64,000 bases of DNA. Source: Firmicutes bacterium UBA1764 (lineage in GTDB: Bacteria > Bacillota > Clostridia > Peptostreptococcales > Anaerovoracaceae). Positions 8,629 to 17,420 of the stretch are shown here, in pieces (within the stretch, counting starts at the first letter, position 1; the number at the start of each line of letters is the position of its first letter). The DNA is taken from the NCBI GenBank assembly GCA_002315535.1, contig DCHA01000057.1, positions 676 to 64,675 of the forward strand, read 5' to 3'. The notes below the pieces were generated by a model that was not told the DNA's origin, made no database searches, and was given only the letters and a program-made list of their open reading frames with translations. The position numbers were made by a program, and so were the translations under genes.

Positions 8629-10215
8629 ATGTCCACACTTTTTTACAACGGAAAAATTCACACTATGGTATCCGAGCTTGATGAAAAAAGCTGGATGCTG
8701 GTTCGCTCCGGCAAAATCGAAAGGATGGGCACCGGAGAGCCTGATGGTGATTTAAAGTATAAAGAAAAAATTGATCTCGGAGGAAAGCATGTATATCCTT
8801 GCTTGATTGATGCTCATGTCCACATGCTGCTGACCATTGCTGTTATGGCAATGGGCTTTAGCGCGTGTGAGATTACAAGCGAGGGGGTTCGTCCGAATAC
8901 GATTAAGGGCGTCGGCGAGCGGATTCGCAGCTACGCCGAAAAGCAAAAGCCCGGAGCTGTCATTGCGCTGAATAATTATATTCTGACCGCAATTGACGAG
9001 CTGCGCATGCCGACAAAGGATGAGCTTGATGACTGGGCAGGCGGCAGAGCCATCGTAGTATACAGCATTGATGGTCACAGCACATCGCTTTCCACTAAGA
9101 TGCTTGAGCTTGTCGGGCTTGATCCGGCAAAATCTAACGGCGTTCTGCAGGGCGAGGAAAACGAGAGGATGCAGGGGCAGATTGTAAATAAGATAAGCTC
9201 GCTGATCAGCCTTCCGATGCTTGCAAAGGGAATTGCGAATTTTCATAATTATTGTGCGGACTACGGAATCAATATTGTCGGCGCGCTCGAGGGAAATGCA
9301 AATTGTGACAAGGATCCTATCACAGAGCTGGCGGTTAAGCTTGCGAGACATTTTGATGTCGGCGTCAGACTGTATCTGCAGTACACCGATATCAATAAGG
9401 TTCGCCCGTACGAAAAATACATGAAGAAAAAGCGTGTCGGCGGCTGCGGTGAATGGGAAACCGATGGTGCCAGCGGATCGCACTCTGCGGCATTTAGAGC
9501 GCCGTATAAGGACAACGGAATTATCGCAGGCACCTACTATACTCAGGATCAATTTGACGGCTTTGTAAAAAGCTACGCAGATGAAGGCTACCAGATTGCG
9601 ACACACGCAATCGGCGAGCTTGCAATAGAGCAGGTCCTGAATGCATATGATAAAAATGAAAACGGCAGATTCTTTAGAATAGAGCATTGCGAGTTCCATG
9701 ATGATGACGCATTCGAGAGGCTCGCAAAGGGACGCTATGCAGTCATGATGCAGCCCGGCTATGCATGGATAGATAAAAGATATCTTCACACATACGAACA
9801 ATTCCTAAACGAAGATATTTGCGCAAGACTTAAATTCAAAAAGCTACTTGATGCCGGAGTTTGCGTATGCGGTTCATCCGATGCTCCTGTTCAGGACATG
9901 GATCCGTATCTGCAAATGCTTGGAGAGACTCAGTTCTATAACGAGGCAGAATCAATTACCCCGTATCAGGCTCTGTGTACATATACAAAGAATGCGGCAA
10001 GGGCAATTGAGGAAGAGGACGAGTACGGAAGCCTCGAAGAGGGTAAGACCGCCGATTTCTTTACTGCGGATAAGGACTTCTTCAGTCTCAGTCCGGAGCA
10101 AATCGCTGATTTCAGACCGCTGCAAACCTACTACGGCGGTAAGCCCTGCAAGCGCTATAAAGGCACAATGCTTGAGCTTGCAAGGATGATGTTAGGCAAA
10201 GCAAAGTTAATATAA
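8629..10215 (+). CDS. metal-dependent amidohydrolase (Amidohydro_3 / YtcJ-like)
   Basis: 528 aa; DAHVHM metal-binding HxH motif near the N-terminus; C-terminal GSSDAP...; directly follows the permease. Confidence 0.7.
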   Translation: MSTLFYNGKIHTMVSELDEKSWMLVRSGKIERMGTGEPDGDLKYKEKIDLGGKHVYPCLIDAHVHMLLTIAVMAMGFSACEITSEGVRPNTIKGVGERIRSYAEKQKPGAVIALNNYILTAIDELRMPTKDELDDWAGGRAIVVYSIDGHSTSLSTKMLELVGLDPAKSNGVLQGEENERMQGQIVNKISSLISLPMLAKGIANFHNYCADYGINIVGALEGNANCDKDPITELAVKLARHFDVGVRLYLQYTDINKVRPYEKYMKKKRVGGCGEWETDGASGSHSAAFRAPYKDNGIIAGTYYTQDQFDGFVKSYADEGYQIATHAIGELAIEQVLNAYDKNENGRFFRIEHCEFHDDDAFERLAKGRYAVMMQPGYAWIDKRYLHTYEQFLNEDICARLKFKKLLDAGVCVCGSSDAPVQDMDPYLQMLGETQFYNEAESITPYQALCTYTKNAARAIEEEDEYGSLEEGKTADFFTADKDFFSLSPEQIADFRPLQTYYGGKPCKRYKGTMLELARMMLGKAKLI

Positions 10216-10277
10216 GCGTACCAGCATAATGAATCAAATAGTTCGCTGATTTAGAGTGAGACTTTTAATTAGTAGGA

Positions 10278-10322
10278 AAAACAATCCGCAGGATAATAAT
10301 CTATCCTGCGGATTGTTTAATT
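10278..10322 (+). terminator. rho-independent terminator
   Basis: AACAATCCGCAGGATA ... TATCCTGCGGATTGTT long perfect stem followed by TTAATT. Confidence 0.7.
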
Positions 10323-10375
10323 AATATAAAAAGAGTGAAATTTAATTATACTAAACCTAATGCCATCCACAATAA

Positions 10376-10843
10376 TACAGATGCTTCAACAGCGATGATG
10401 TTAACTACCATATTCGTGAAAGACCGACAGATATTACATTGCTGGCGAAGACTTTCTTTGAAGAATACTATTCCGCTTTTAACTTTGATAAAACATACAT
10501 CCCAATAGAATTGCTGCCGCTTTTGCATCAATATAATTGGCCCGGAAATATCAGGCAATTAAAGGCTTTTGTCGAGATGGTGTCTGTCTTATCTGATAAT
10601 GGGAAAGTTGATATAGCAGTGTTTAATAAAGCCATAGAAGAGTTGCCATTCTCATCGAATAACAATGGGGCTGATGAAAATAATAGTATACCTAAAGTAT
10701 CGTCTTTAAGAAAAATAGAAGAAGAACAAATCCGTTATGTTTATAAAAAGCATAACGGAAACCTCTCGAAAATCAGGGAGGAGCTTGGAATCAGCAGAAC
10801 AACGCTTTGGAAGAGGCTAAAGGAGTTGGGAATAACAGAATAA
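10376..10843 (+). pseudogene. 3' remnant of a sigma-54-dependent activator gene (end of AAA+ lid plus Fis-type HTH only)
   Basis: Frame is open only from 10376. It encodes ...IRERPTDITLLAKTFF...YNWPGNIRQLKAF...[14 protein letters not shown], collinear with the C-terminus of the intact regulator at 10890-12854. No Walker A/B or GAFTGA, and no RBS. Confidence 0.7.
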
Positions 10844-10845
10844 AT

Positions 10846-10877
10846 AAAGCCCGGGTTCATAATTGAACTCGGGCTTT
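10846..10877. terminator. bidirectional terminator between remnant and intact regulator
   Basis: AAAGCCCGGGTTCA-TAAT-TGAACTCGGGCTTT stem (one G-U). Confidence 0.7.
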
Positions 10878-10889
10878 ACTAACGATTGA

Positions 10890-12854
10890 TTACGAAAAAA
10901 TACTTTTATCTAATCCCATCTCTTTAAGTCTTTTCCAAAGGGTGGTTCTGCTGATTTGGAGCTCTTCACAGCACACTTTGATATTGCCATGGTGCTTTAA
11001 ATATGCTTCCTTAACGGCATCTTCTGATGCCTTCTTTTTTATTTCTTTGTCAGTAAGATTTGATTTGCCTTTTTCATCGTAATTTACATTGTTGATGTTT
11101 AATTGTTCTTTAGATTTAAGCACAGGAAGGTTAGATAATTGATATCTGACTTCAGTTTCCGTAATAAAACCATTATCGGATAAAACCGCTATTCTTTCAA
11201 TAAAGGCTTTAAGCTGTCTTACATTTCCGGGCCAATTATATTCGGTAATACACTTAATTTGTGCTTTAGGGATAGGATAGTTGTATCCGAATTCTTTATA
11301 TTTTTCCTCAAGGAATCTACATGCTAGAAGGTAAACATCATTACCTCTATTTCGAAGCGGTGGAAGGAATAACGGAAGGACGTCAAGTCTATAGAAAAGG
11401 TCATCTCTGAAACTTCCATCCCTAACGCTTTCTATTAAGTCTCTGTTACTTGCGCAAATAATCCTATTGTTGATAGGGATGAGCTGAGTCCCTCCTAAAC
11501 GGCAAATTTGTTTTTCCTGAATAAATCTTAATAGCTTTGATTGGAGTGACATGGGCATGGTTGATATTTCATCCAAAAAAAGTGTCCCATTATGAGATAG
11601 CTCAATCAATCCGGCCTTTCCTTGCTTTTTTGCCCCGGTAAAAGCACCTTCCTCGTAACCGAACAGTTCGCTTTCAAGTAAGGTTTCCGGTAATGCTGCA
11701 CAGTTTATTGCGACAAAGGGTCCGTTTGCAAAAGGGCTTGCATTGTGAATGCTTTGCGCAAGAACTTCTTTTCCGGTACCGCTTTCGCCGGTGATGAGTA
11801 TAGTGCTGTTTGTGGATGCATATCGCTTGGATTGTCTGCGTAGTTCATTCATTCCGGAGTCCGAGGTAATAATATCCGCAAAGTAACTTGTTGCGGTAAA
11901 GTTTTGCTCTGCGATTTTTTTTCGTATCTGTTGCTCTTTCTTTTGCAGTTCAGAAATGTTAGTTATTGTTCGAACCTTCGCAATGATATCAGTTGAAAAG
12001 GATGGCAGGGAGTTGATGGCATATTTTTTCCCTTGGAATTCAATAATTTCATTATCATTGCAATTAATCATATGAGATAATACGGGCCATCTGTATTTTA
12101 TGTAGTTTGGGTAATGCCCGATTATAGCCTCTCTGTTTAATTTAAAAATATTTAACAAAATATCGTTGCATTCAACGACTCTGTCATTATCATCAATAGC
12201 AATAATACCATCTGAAAGCTTGTTAAAGCTCTCGGACAGAGCGGTTCTGTACGCAAGTCTTTTTCTGTATGTAATTCCCTCATCTATTGCCCTTTGGAAG
12301 GTGTCTTTAATATTGTCTTTTTGGAATGGAACAAATATTACATCTAGTCCATTGTTTTCGCAGGAATTTGAGACAGACGAAACAGATGTAATTACTCTGT
12401 TCAATCCTGCCTCTTTTACAACAACACTGTAATCTCTTTCGAAATCCATTTGCTCTGCATAGTAGGGTACAATTTCAACCCCTGATACTTGAGATAACAG
12501 GTTGACATCGTATATTTTAGGGCTTCCTTTGAACTGAATGAACATTATCGGAGATTTATTAGTTTTGCAGTTGTTATTTAGTGCAAGTGCAAAATCAAAA
12601 AGATCCAAATCCAAATCAACAACCGGAATATCGACAGATTGTCTTATAAAGGCTGCTGAGTTAAATCTTGCAATGAAAGCTGTAATATCAGGATTGTCAT
12701 GCAATATTTTAACTGCAATAGGTCCGGATTCTTTAAATTTTCCTTCAGACAATACCAATTCGATGTTCATTTCGTTAGCAACACTTTCAATGGTCTGTAT
12801 TAAGAGTTCTGATCGATTAGGTAAAAAGACGCATATTTTATTTTTTTCAACCAT
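10890..12854 (-). CDS. sigma-54-dependent transcriptional activator (bEBP) with non-receiver N-terminal sensor domain (PrpR-N-like by eye) and PAS-like segment
   Basis: 654 aa; Walker A GESGTGKE, sigma-54 contact loop EEGAFTGA, Walker [18 protein letters not shown]-terminal [17 protein letters not shown]. Confidence 0.9.
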   Translation of the reverse strand: MVEKNKICVFLPNRSELLIQTIESVANEMNIELVLSEGKFKESGPIAVKILHDNPDITAFIARFNSAAFIRQSVDIPVVDLDLDLFDFALALNNNCKTNKSPIMFIQFKGSPKIYDVNLLSQVSGVEIVPYYAEQMDFERDYSVVVKEAGLNRVITSVSSVSNSCENNGLDVIFVPFQKDNIKDTFQRAIDEGITYRKRLAYRTALSESFNKLSDGIIAIDDNDRVVECNDILLNIFKLNREAIIGHYPNYIKYRWPVLSHMINCNDNEIIEFQGKKYAINSLPSFSTDIIAKVRTITNISELQKKEQQIRKKIAEQNFTATSYFADIITSDSGMNELRRQSKRYASTNSTILITGESGTGKEVLAQSIHNASPFANGPFVAINCAALPETLLESELFGYEEGAFTGAKKQGKAGLIELSHNGTLFLDEISTMPMSLQSKLLRFIQEKQICRLGGTQLIPINNRIICASNRDLIESVRDGSFRDDLFYRLDVLPLFLPPLRNRGNDVYLLACRFLEEKYKEFGYNYPIPKAQIKCITEYNWPGNVRQLKAFIERIAVLSDNGFITETEVRYQLSNLPVLKSKEQLNINNVNYDEKGKSNLTDKEIKKKASEDAVKEAYLKHHGNIKVCCEELQISRTTLWKRLKEMGLDKSIFS

Positions 12855-12898
12855 AATAATGACCTCTTGTAATTATTTCTACAGTGTTGGTTGCTAAT

Positions 12899-12992
12899 AT
12901 GTTAAATATTATTAACATATTGACATCATTGTTTAACATTATGTTAATTTTGTCAAGTGTTAAATAGAGCTGTATTAGCACAATGTTAAATA
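12899..12992. promoter_or_regulatory. candidate enhancer (UAS) array for the sigma-54 activator
   Basis: ATGTTAA-N6-TTAACAT (12899-12918); TTAACAT-T-ATGTTAA (12933-12947); further TGTTAAATA copies at 12958-12966 and 12984-12992. Located about 65-160 nt upstream of the -24/-12 element. Confidence 0.55.
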
Positions 12993-13057
12993 ATAAACTA
13001 TCAACAATATCCTATCTGCAAGATTAGAAGGCATATTTAACAAGGGGAAAATAAAAA

Positions 13058-13073
13058 TGGCACAACTTTTGCA
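13058..13073 (+). promoter_or_regulatory. sigma-54 (-24/-12) promoter
   Basis: TGGCAC-AACTT-TTGCA, an exact match to the TGGCAC-N5-TTGCA consensus; 79 nt upstream of the 13152 start; divergent from a bEBP gene. Confidence 0.85.
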
Positions 13074-13151
13074 TTAAGAAACAGATAGTTAAATAATTAT
13101 CGCCCAAACCCGGGACGGGTGGTAATAGAAAAATTGTTTTAGGAGGAAAAC

Positions 13152-14363
13152 ATGGGAAACATTTTTGATGGCTTAAAAGTAATTGACATCACCAATAATC
13201 TCGCAGGTCCGCTTTGCGCACAACTGTTTGGAGATTATGGCGCTGAAGTTATTAAAGTTGAACGTCCAGGCGCTGGAGACGATTCCAGAGGACTTGCTCC
13301 AAAGATTGAGGGAGTATCACTCTTTCCACAGTGGTCAGCAAGAAACAAAAAATCAGTAACACTTGCGCTTGATGATCCAAGAGCACAAAAGATAATTCTT
13401 GAAATGGCAAAAGAGGCTGACGTATTTATTGAGTCCTATAAGCCGGGCATGATGAAGAAGTTCAACCTTGATTATGAAGCAGTATCAAAGGTAAACCCGG
13501 GAATTGTTTACGCATCTATTTCCGTAGCTGGACAGGTTGGCCCAAAGAGCAAGGTTCCTGGATTTGATATCATTGCTCAGGCAATGTCAGGATTCATGGA
13601 TAATACCGGTGAAAAGACCGGCAACCCGACAAAGTGCGGAACAGTAATAGGCGACTATGTTGGCGGACTTAATGCATTTGCCTCCATTTTGGCAGCACTG
13701 TTATACAAGCAAAAGACAGGCGAAGGACAGTATTGTGATGTATCACTTTTAGCTGGACTTGTTGGTGTTAATACACTTATCGACAGAGCTGCAACACTTG
13801 GAGATAATCCAACAAGAAGCGGTAACCACCACGGTTCTATGGCTCCTTATGGTCTGTACAATGGTAATAATGGCCAGAGCTGTATCATAGCAGCTTATAC
13901 AGGCAAGATGTGGCCAAATCTTTGCCAGGTAATCGGACAGCCGGAACTTGCAACAGATCCAAGATTCGACAGCAATGTAACACGTACAAAGAATATCGGA
14001 CAGCTTGTTGAAGTATTAGAGACATGGCTTAAGACATTCGATGATATCGATGAACCGGTTAAGCTTATGGCTGATGCAGGAATCGCAACATGCAAGGTTT
14101 ATACAACTCAGGATGTAGCAGACGATCCGGAATACAGAAACCTCGGTCTTATCGTAGATATGGATACTCCACCATCACTTCAGGGCAAGAGAGACAAGGT
14201 TACAACAAGAGGTTCTTGGTTCAAGTTCAGCAAGTGCCAGCCGGTTTATCACCGTGCACCAGACCTTGGTGAGCACAACGAAGAAATACTTCTCAAGTAT
14301 ATTTCCAAGGAAGAACTCGATCAGTGCTTAGCAGATTGGGCCGGAAAGTTTAAGAAGCAGTAA
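13152..14363 (+). CDS. family III CoA-transferase (CaiB/BaiF/Frc family), paralog 1
   Basis: 403 aa; GLKVIDITNNLAGPLCAQLFGDYGAEVIKVERPGAGDDSRG N-terminal signature; conserved Asp in GTVIGDYVGG; AGGAGG RBS. Confidence 0.85.
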   Translation: MGNIFDGLKVIDITNNLAGPLCAQLFGDYGAEVIKVERPGAGDDSRGLAPKIEGVSLFPQWSARNKKSVTLALDDPRAQKIILEMAKEADVFIESYKPGMMKKFNLDYEAVSKVNPGIVYASISVAGQVGPKSKVPGFDIIAQAMSGFMDNTGEKTGNPTKCGTVIGDYVGGLNAFASILAALLYKQKTGEGQYCDVSLLAGLVGVNTLIDRAATLGDNPTRSGNHHGSMAPYGLYNGNNGQSCIIAAYTGKMWPNLCQVIGQPELATDPRFDSNVTRTKNIGQLVEVLETWLKTFDDIDEPVKLMADAGIATCKVYTTQDVADDPEYRNLGLIVDMDTPPSLQGKRDKVTTRGSWFKFSKCQPVYHRAPDLGEHNEEILLKYISKEELDQCLADWAGKFKKQ

Positions 14364-14390
14364 AACGTATTATTATTCAGGAGGATGAAT

Positions 14391-15191
14391 ATGTACACTA
14401 GCCAATGTGAAAATATAGCATTTAGCGTAGATGAAAGAGGCATTGCAACTGTAGCACTCAATAGAGAGGAAGCTCTCAATGCACTTACCTGGGATATGGA
14501 ACAGGAGCTTGCAAATGTATTTAACTATTGCTCAACCGCTGAGGAAGTAAGAGTTGTTGTATTAACAGGTGCCGGAAAGCATTTCTGCGCAGGCGGAGAC
14601 ATCAAGGCATTTAAGAAGAGAATTGATGCCGGTGAGGCTCTCCCTCAAACAGGCGTTCGTTATGTAGGTGCCGCAGCAAAGGCTATCAGATTCTGCAACA
14701 AGCCGGTTATTGCAAAGATAAACGGAGCAGCAACAGGTGCCGGAAGTGCATTTACATTTGCCTGTGATTTCCGTGTAGGCGATGTAAAGACAAAGATTGG
14801 TGCAGGCTTTACAGGAATGGGATTCTCCGGAGACACAAACGGAGTTTACACCCTTTCAAAGCTTATTGGCCCAATGAGAGCAACAGAATTTTATATGCTT
14901 GCGCAGACGCTCACAGCAGAGGAAGCATTCCAGCTTGGAATCTTAAACAGACTCGCTGAAGAAGGAAAGCTTGATGAAGAAGTTGATAAGCTCGCAGCAA
15001 AGCTTGCAAACAGCCCAACAACTGCATTCACTTTCCAGAAGAAGATGATTAATCTTATCAACTACACAGACATGGATCTTCAGACAGAATTTGAGGCAAA
15101 CTTCATGCCTGCATGTTCAAAGACAGCAGACCATGCAGAAGCAGTTAATGCTTTCCTTGAAAAGAGAGCTCCAAAGTTTACAGGCAAATAG
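14391..15191 (+). CDS. crotonase-fold (enoyl-CoA hydratase/isomerase superfamily) protein, atypical active site
   Basis: LNREEALNAL...FCAGGDIK oxyanion-hole motifs. ATG at 14391 fits the AGGAGG RBS better than 14385. Both canonical hydratase Glu positions appear substituted (see findings). Confidence 0.75.
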   Translation: MYTSQCENIAFSVDERGIATVALNREEALNALTWDMEQELANVFNYCSTAEEVRVVVLTGAGKHFCAGGDIKAFKKRIDAGEALPQTGVRYVGAAAKAIRFCNKPVIAKINGAATGAGSAFTFACDFRVGDVKTKIGAGFTGMGFSGDTNGVYTLSKLIGPMRATEFYMLAQTLTAEEAFQLGILNRLAEEGKLDEEVDKLAAKLANSPTTAFTFQKKMINLINYTDMDLQTEFEANFMPACSKTADHAEAVNAFLEKRAPKFTGK

Positions 15192-15225
15192 CTATAGTTT
15201 TACTAATTTATTAAGGAGAAAAAAA

Positions 15226-16374
15226 ATGGATTATAACTTTACAGAGGATCAACTCGGTTTAAAAGAAATGACCAGAGACTTTGCGAATAAGGTTCTTATT
15301 CCGCAGGCAGCAGAAGCTGACAGAAAAGGCGAATTCATGGCTGATGCTTTTGCAGAAGCAGCAAAGATGGGTATTACATGCCTTGACCTCCCAGAAGAAT
15401 GGGGTGGAGCAGGCGTAGATCTTCTTACTACAGCTTTAGTAAGAGAAGAGCTTTCTCGTGGTGATGCAGGCTTTAGCTCAGCAGTTGGCGCATGCGGTCT
15501 TGGCTTTAAGCCAATAAACTTCGCAGGAACAGAAGCACAGAAAAAAGCATATGCAGATGTTGTAACAGGTGGCGGACTCCTTGCACTCGGACTTACAGAA
15601 CCGGAAGCTGGATCAGACGTTGCAAATAATAAGACTACTGCAGTTAAGAAGGGTGACAAGTACATTCTTAACGGAAGAAAGTGCTTCATTACAAACGCTC
15701 CAATTGCTGACATTATTACAGTATTTGCTATTACTGATAAGTCTGCCGGAGCAAAGGGCTTCTCAATGTTTATGGTTCCAAAGGGAACACCGGGACTCTC
15801 AACAGGAAAGCATGAAGACAAGATGGGTATCAGAACTTCTATGACATCTGATGTAATCATGGAGGACTGCGAAATTCCTGTAGAAAATATCATCGGTCAG
15901 GAAGGTGACGGATTCAAGATCGTAATGCAGACACTTGACAAGGGCCGTGTATGCTGTGGTGCAAGTGCTCTGGGAATTGCTCAGGCTGCATTTGAAAATG
16001 CAATGCGTTACTCTCAGGAAAGAATCCAGAAGGGTAAGCCAATTTGCAAGCATCAGATTATGCAGGCAAAGCTTGCTGATATGGGTATCAGACTTGAAGC
16101 AGCTCGTCAGCTCGTTTGGAGAGCATCTATGGCATTTGATGCAAATGCTAAGGATACTTCTAAGCTTGCTTCAATGTGCAAATGCTTCGCAGGAGATATG
16201 GCAGTATATGTAACATGTGAAGCTCTTCAGGTATTCGGTGGATATGGCTACAGCAGAGAATATCCAATGGAAAAGCTTTATCGTGATGCAAAGATTACTC
16301 AGATTTTCGAAGGAACAAACGAAATTCAGAGAACAATTATCGCCGGCAATTTAATTAAGGAATATCAGATTTAA
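15226..16374 (+). CDS. acyl-CoA dehydrogenase family flavoprotein
   Basis: MDYNFTEDQ... start with AAGGAG RBS (the ORF-track start at 15091 overlaps the upstream gene); GLTEPEAGSD, catalytic-base region IFEGTNEIQ. Confidence 0.85.
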   Translation: MDYNFTEDQLGLKEMTRDFANKVLIPQAAEADRKGEFMADAFAEAAKMGITCLDLPEEWGGAGVDLLTTALVREELSRGDAGFSSAVGACGLGFKPINFAGTEAQKKAYADVVTGGGLLALGLTEPEAGSDVANNKTTAVKKGDKYILNGRKCFITNAPIADIITVFAITDKSAGAKGFSMFMVPKGTPGLSTGKHEDKMGIRTSMTSDVIMEDCEIPVENIIGQEGDGFKIVMQTLDKGRVCCGASALGIAQAAFENAMRYSQERIQKGKPICKHQIMQAKLADMGIRLEAARQLVWRASMAFDANAKDTSKLASMCKCFAGDMAVYVTCEALQVFGGYGYSREYPMEKLYRDAKITQIFEGTNEIQRTIIAGNLIKEYQI

Positions 16375-16386
16375 TTGTTTGGTACG

Positions 16387-16410
16387 GGTGATGGGCGCAA
16401 GCCCATCACC
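16387..16410 (+). promoter_or_regulatory. intercistronic stem-loop (no T-run)
   Basis: GGTGATGGGC-GCAA-GCCCATCACC, perfect 10-bp stem with GNRA-type loop, between the ACAD and NMO-like genes. Confidence 0.5.
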
Positions 16411-16427
16411 TGAATAAAGGAGAAAAC

Positions 16428-17408
16428 ATGGGAAGTATAAAAACTCGAATGACTGAAATTCTCGGCATAGAATATCCGATTATGTGTGGCGGAATGCAGA
16501 ATGCTGCAAATCCGGAGCTTGCTGTTGCAATTTCAGAAGCAGGTGGTTTGGGAATAACAAATATCAGTATGTATCCTGATTTTGATGATTTCCGCAAAGC
16601 ACTAAAATGGATGCGTGCCCAGACTGATAAGCCTTTAGCAGTAAACATCTCAATGATCCCTAATGTAGATATGGGAGATAAAATAACAAAATATATCAAT
16701 ATCTGTGGAGAAGAAGGAATTAATGTAATTGAAACCTCCGGAAAAGATCCTGTAGATATTGTGCCGCTGATTCATTCATTTGGAATGAAAGTAATACACA
16801 AAGTACCAATGGCAAAGCATGCTCTTAAAGCACAAAAAAGCGGTGTTGATTTAGTAACCGTTGTTGGCTCTGAGGCTGCCGGTCATCCTTCCCCTGACCT
16901 CATTGGAACCTTTGTTGTTGCAAATAAAGCGGTTGAGCTTTGCGATATTCCAGTCCTCGTCGGAGGTGGTGTATGTAACGGCAGAAGCCTTGCATCTGCT
17001 CTGGCAATGGGAGCTGAGGGTGTAGTAATAGGAACAAGATTCCTTACTGCAAGTGAGTGCTCAATCTCCAATAATCACAAGCAATGGATTGTTGAACATA
17101 CGGAAAAGGACACCATTCTTTGCCAGAAAGCAATCAGAAATATGATTCGTACAGCTCATAATCAAGCTGCGGATGAATGTCTCGAAATGGAGAAAAAACC
17201 TGGTGTAACTCTTCAGGACCTTATGCCGATTATTGCCGGAGCAGTAGGCAAAGAAGCCTATGCTAGTGGCGATACAAGCAAGGGTATGTTTGCGGTTGGA
17301 CAAGACATCGGACTCATCGATGATGTAAAGCCGGCTGCTGAAATTATCAAGGAAATGGTTGAAGAGGCTTGTGCATCCATTGACAGATTATCAAATATAG
17401 TAAAGTAA
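16428..17408 (+). CDS. FMN-dependent NMO/FabK-like oxidoreductase (nitronate monooxygenase / enoyl reductase II family)
   Basis: 326 aa; YPIMCGGMQNAANPELAVAISEAGGLG and GSEAAGH motifs. Confidence 0.75.
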   Translation: MGSIKTRMTEILGIEYPIMCGGMQNAANPELAVAISEAGGLGITNISMYPDFDDFRKALKWMRAQTDKPLAVNISMIPNVDMGDKITKYINICGEEGINVIETSGKDPVDIVPLIHSFGMKVIHKVPMAKHALKAQKSGVDLVTVVGSEAAGHPSPDLIGTFVVANKAVELCDIPVLVGGGVCNGRSLASALAMGAEGVVIGTRFLTASECSISNNHKQWIVEHTEKDTILCQKAIRNMIRTAHNQAADECLEMEKKPGVTLQDLMPIIAGAVGKEAYASGDTSKGMFAVGQDIGLIDDVKPAAEIIKEMVEEACASIDRLSNIVK

Positions 17409-17420
17409 GGAGATGTAACT

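Noticed and set aside
8752-9801. 349-aa minus-strand ORF inside the amidohydrolase gene
   Set aside because: It is fully antisense to a gene with clear family motifs (HxH, GSSDAP). The translation is Cys/Ile/Arg-rich with no recognisable motif and no RBS. This is a typical shadow ORF of a codon-biased gene.
12899-12947. TGTTAA/TTAACA palindromes as clostridial Rex boxes (TTGTTAA-N4-TTAACAA)
   Set aside because: The spacing is wrong. The first has 6 nt between 7-bp arms (TGTTA-N8-TAACA) and the second is everted. Their position relative to the -24/-12 promoter fits bEBP enhancer sites better.
15091-15225. N-terminal 45-codon extension of the ACAD ORF in the track
   Set aside because: The extension overlaps the end of the crotonase gene in another frame and has no RBS. 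The ATG at 15226 follows AAGGAG and starts the conserved MDYNFTEDQ N-terminus.
15249-15893. 214-aa minus-strand ORF inside the acyl-CoA dehydrogenase gene
   Set aside because: Antisense shadow ORF, Ser/Pro/Ala-rich. The sense frame carries ACAD signatures.
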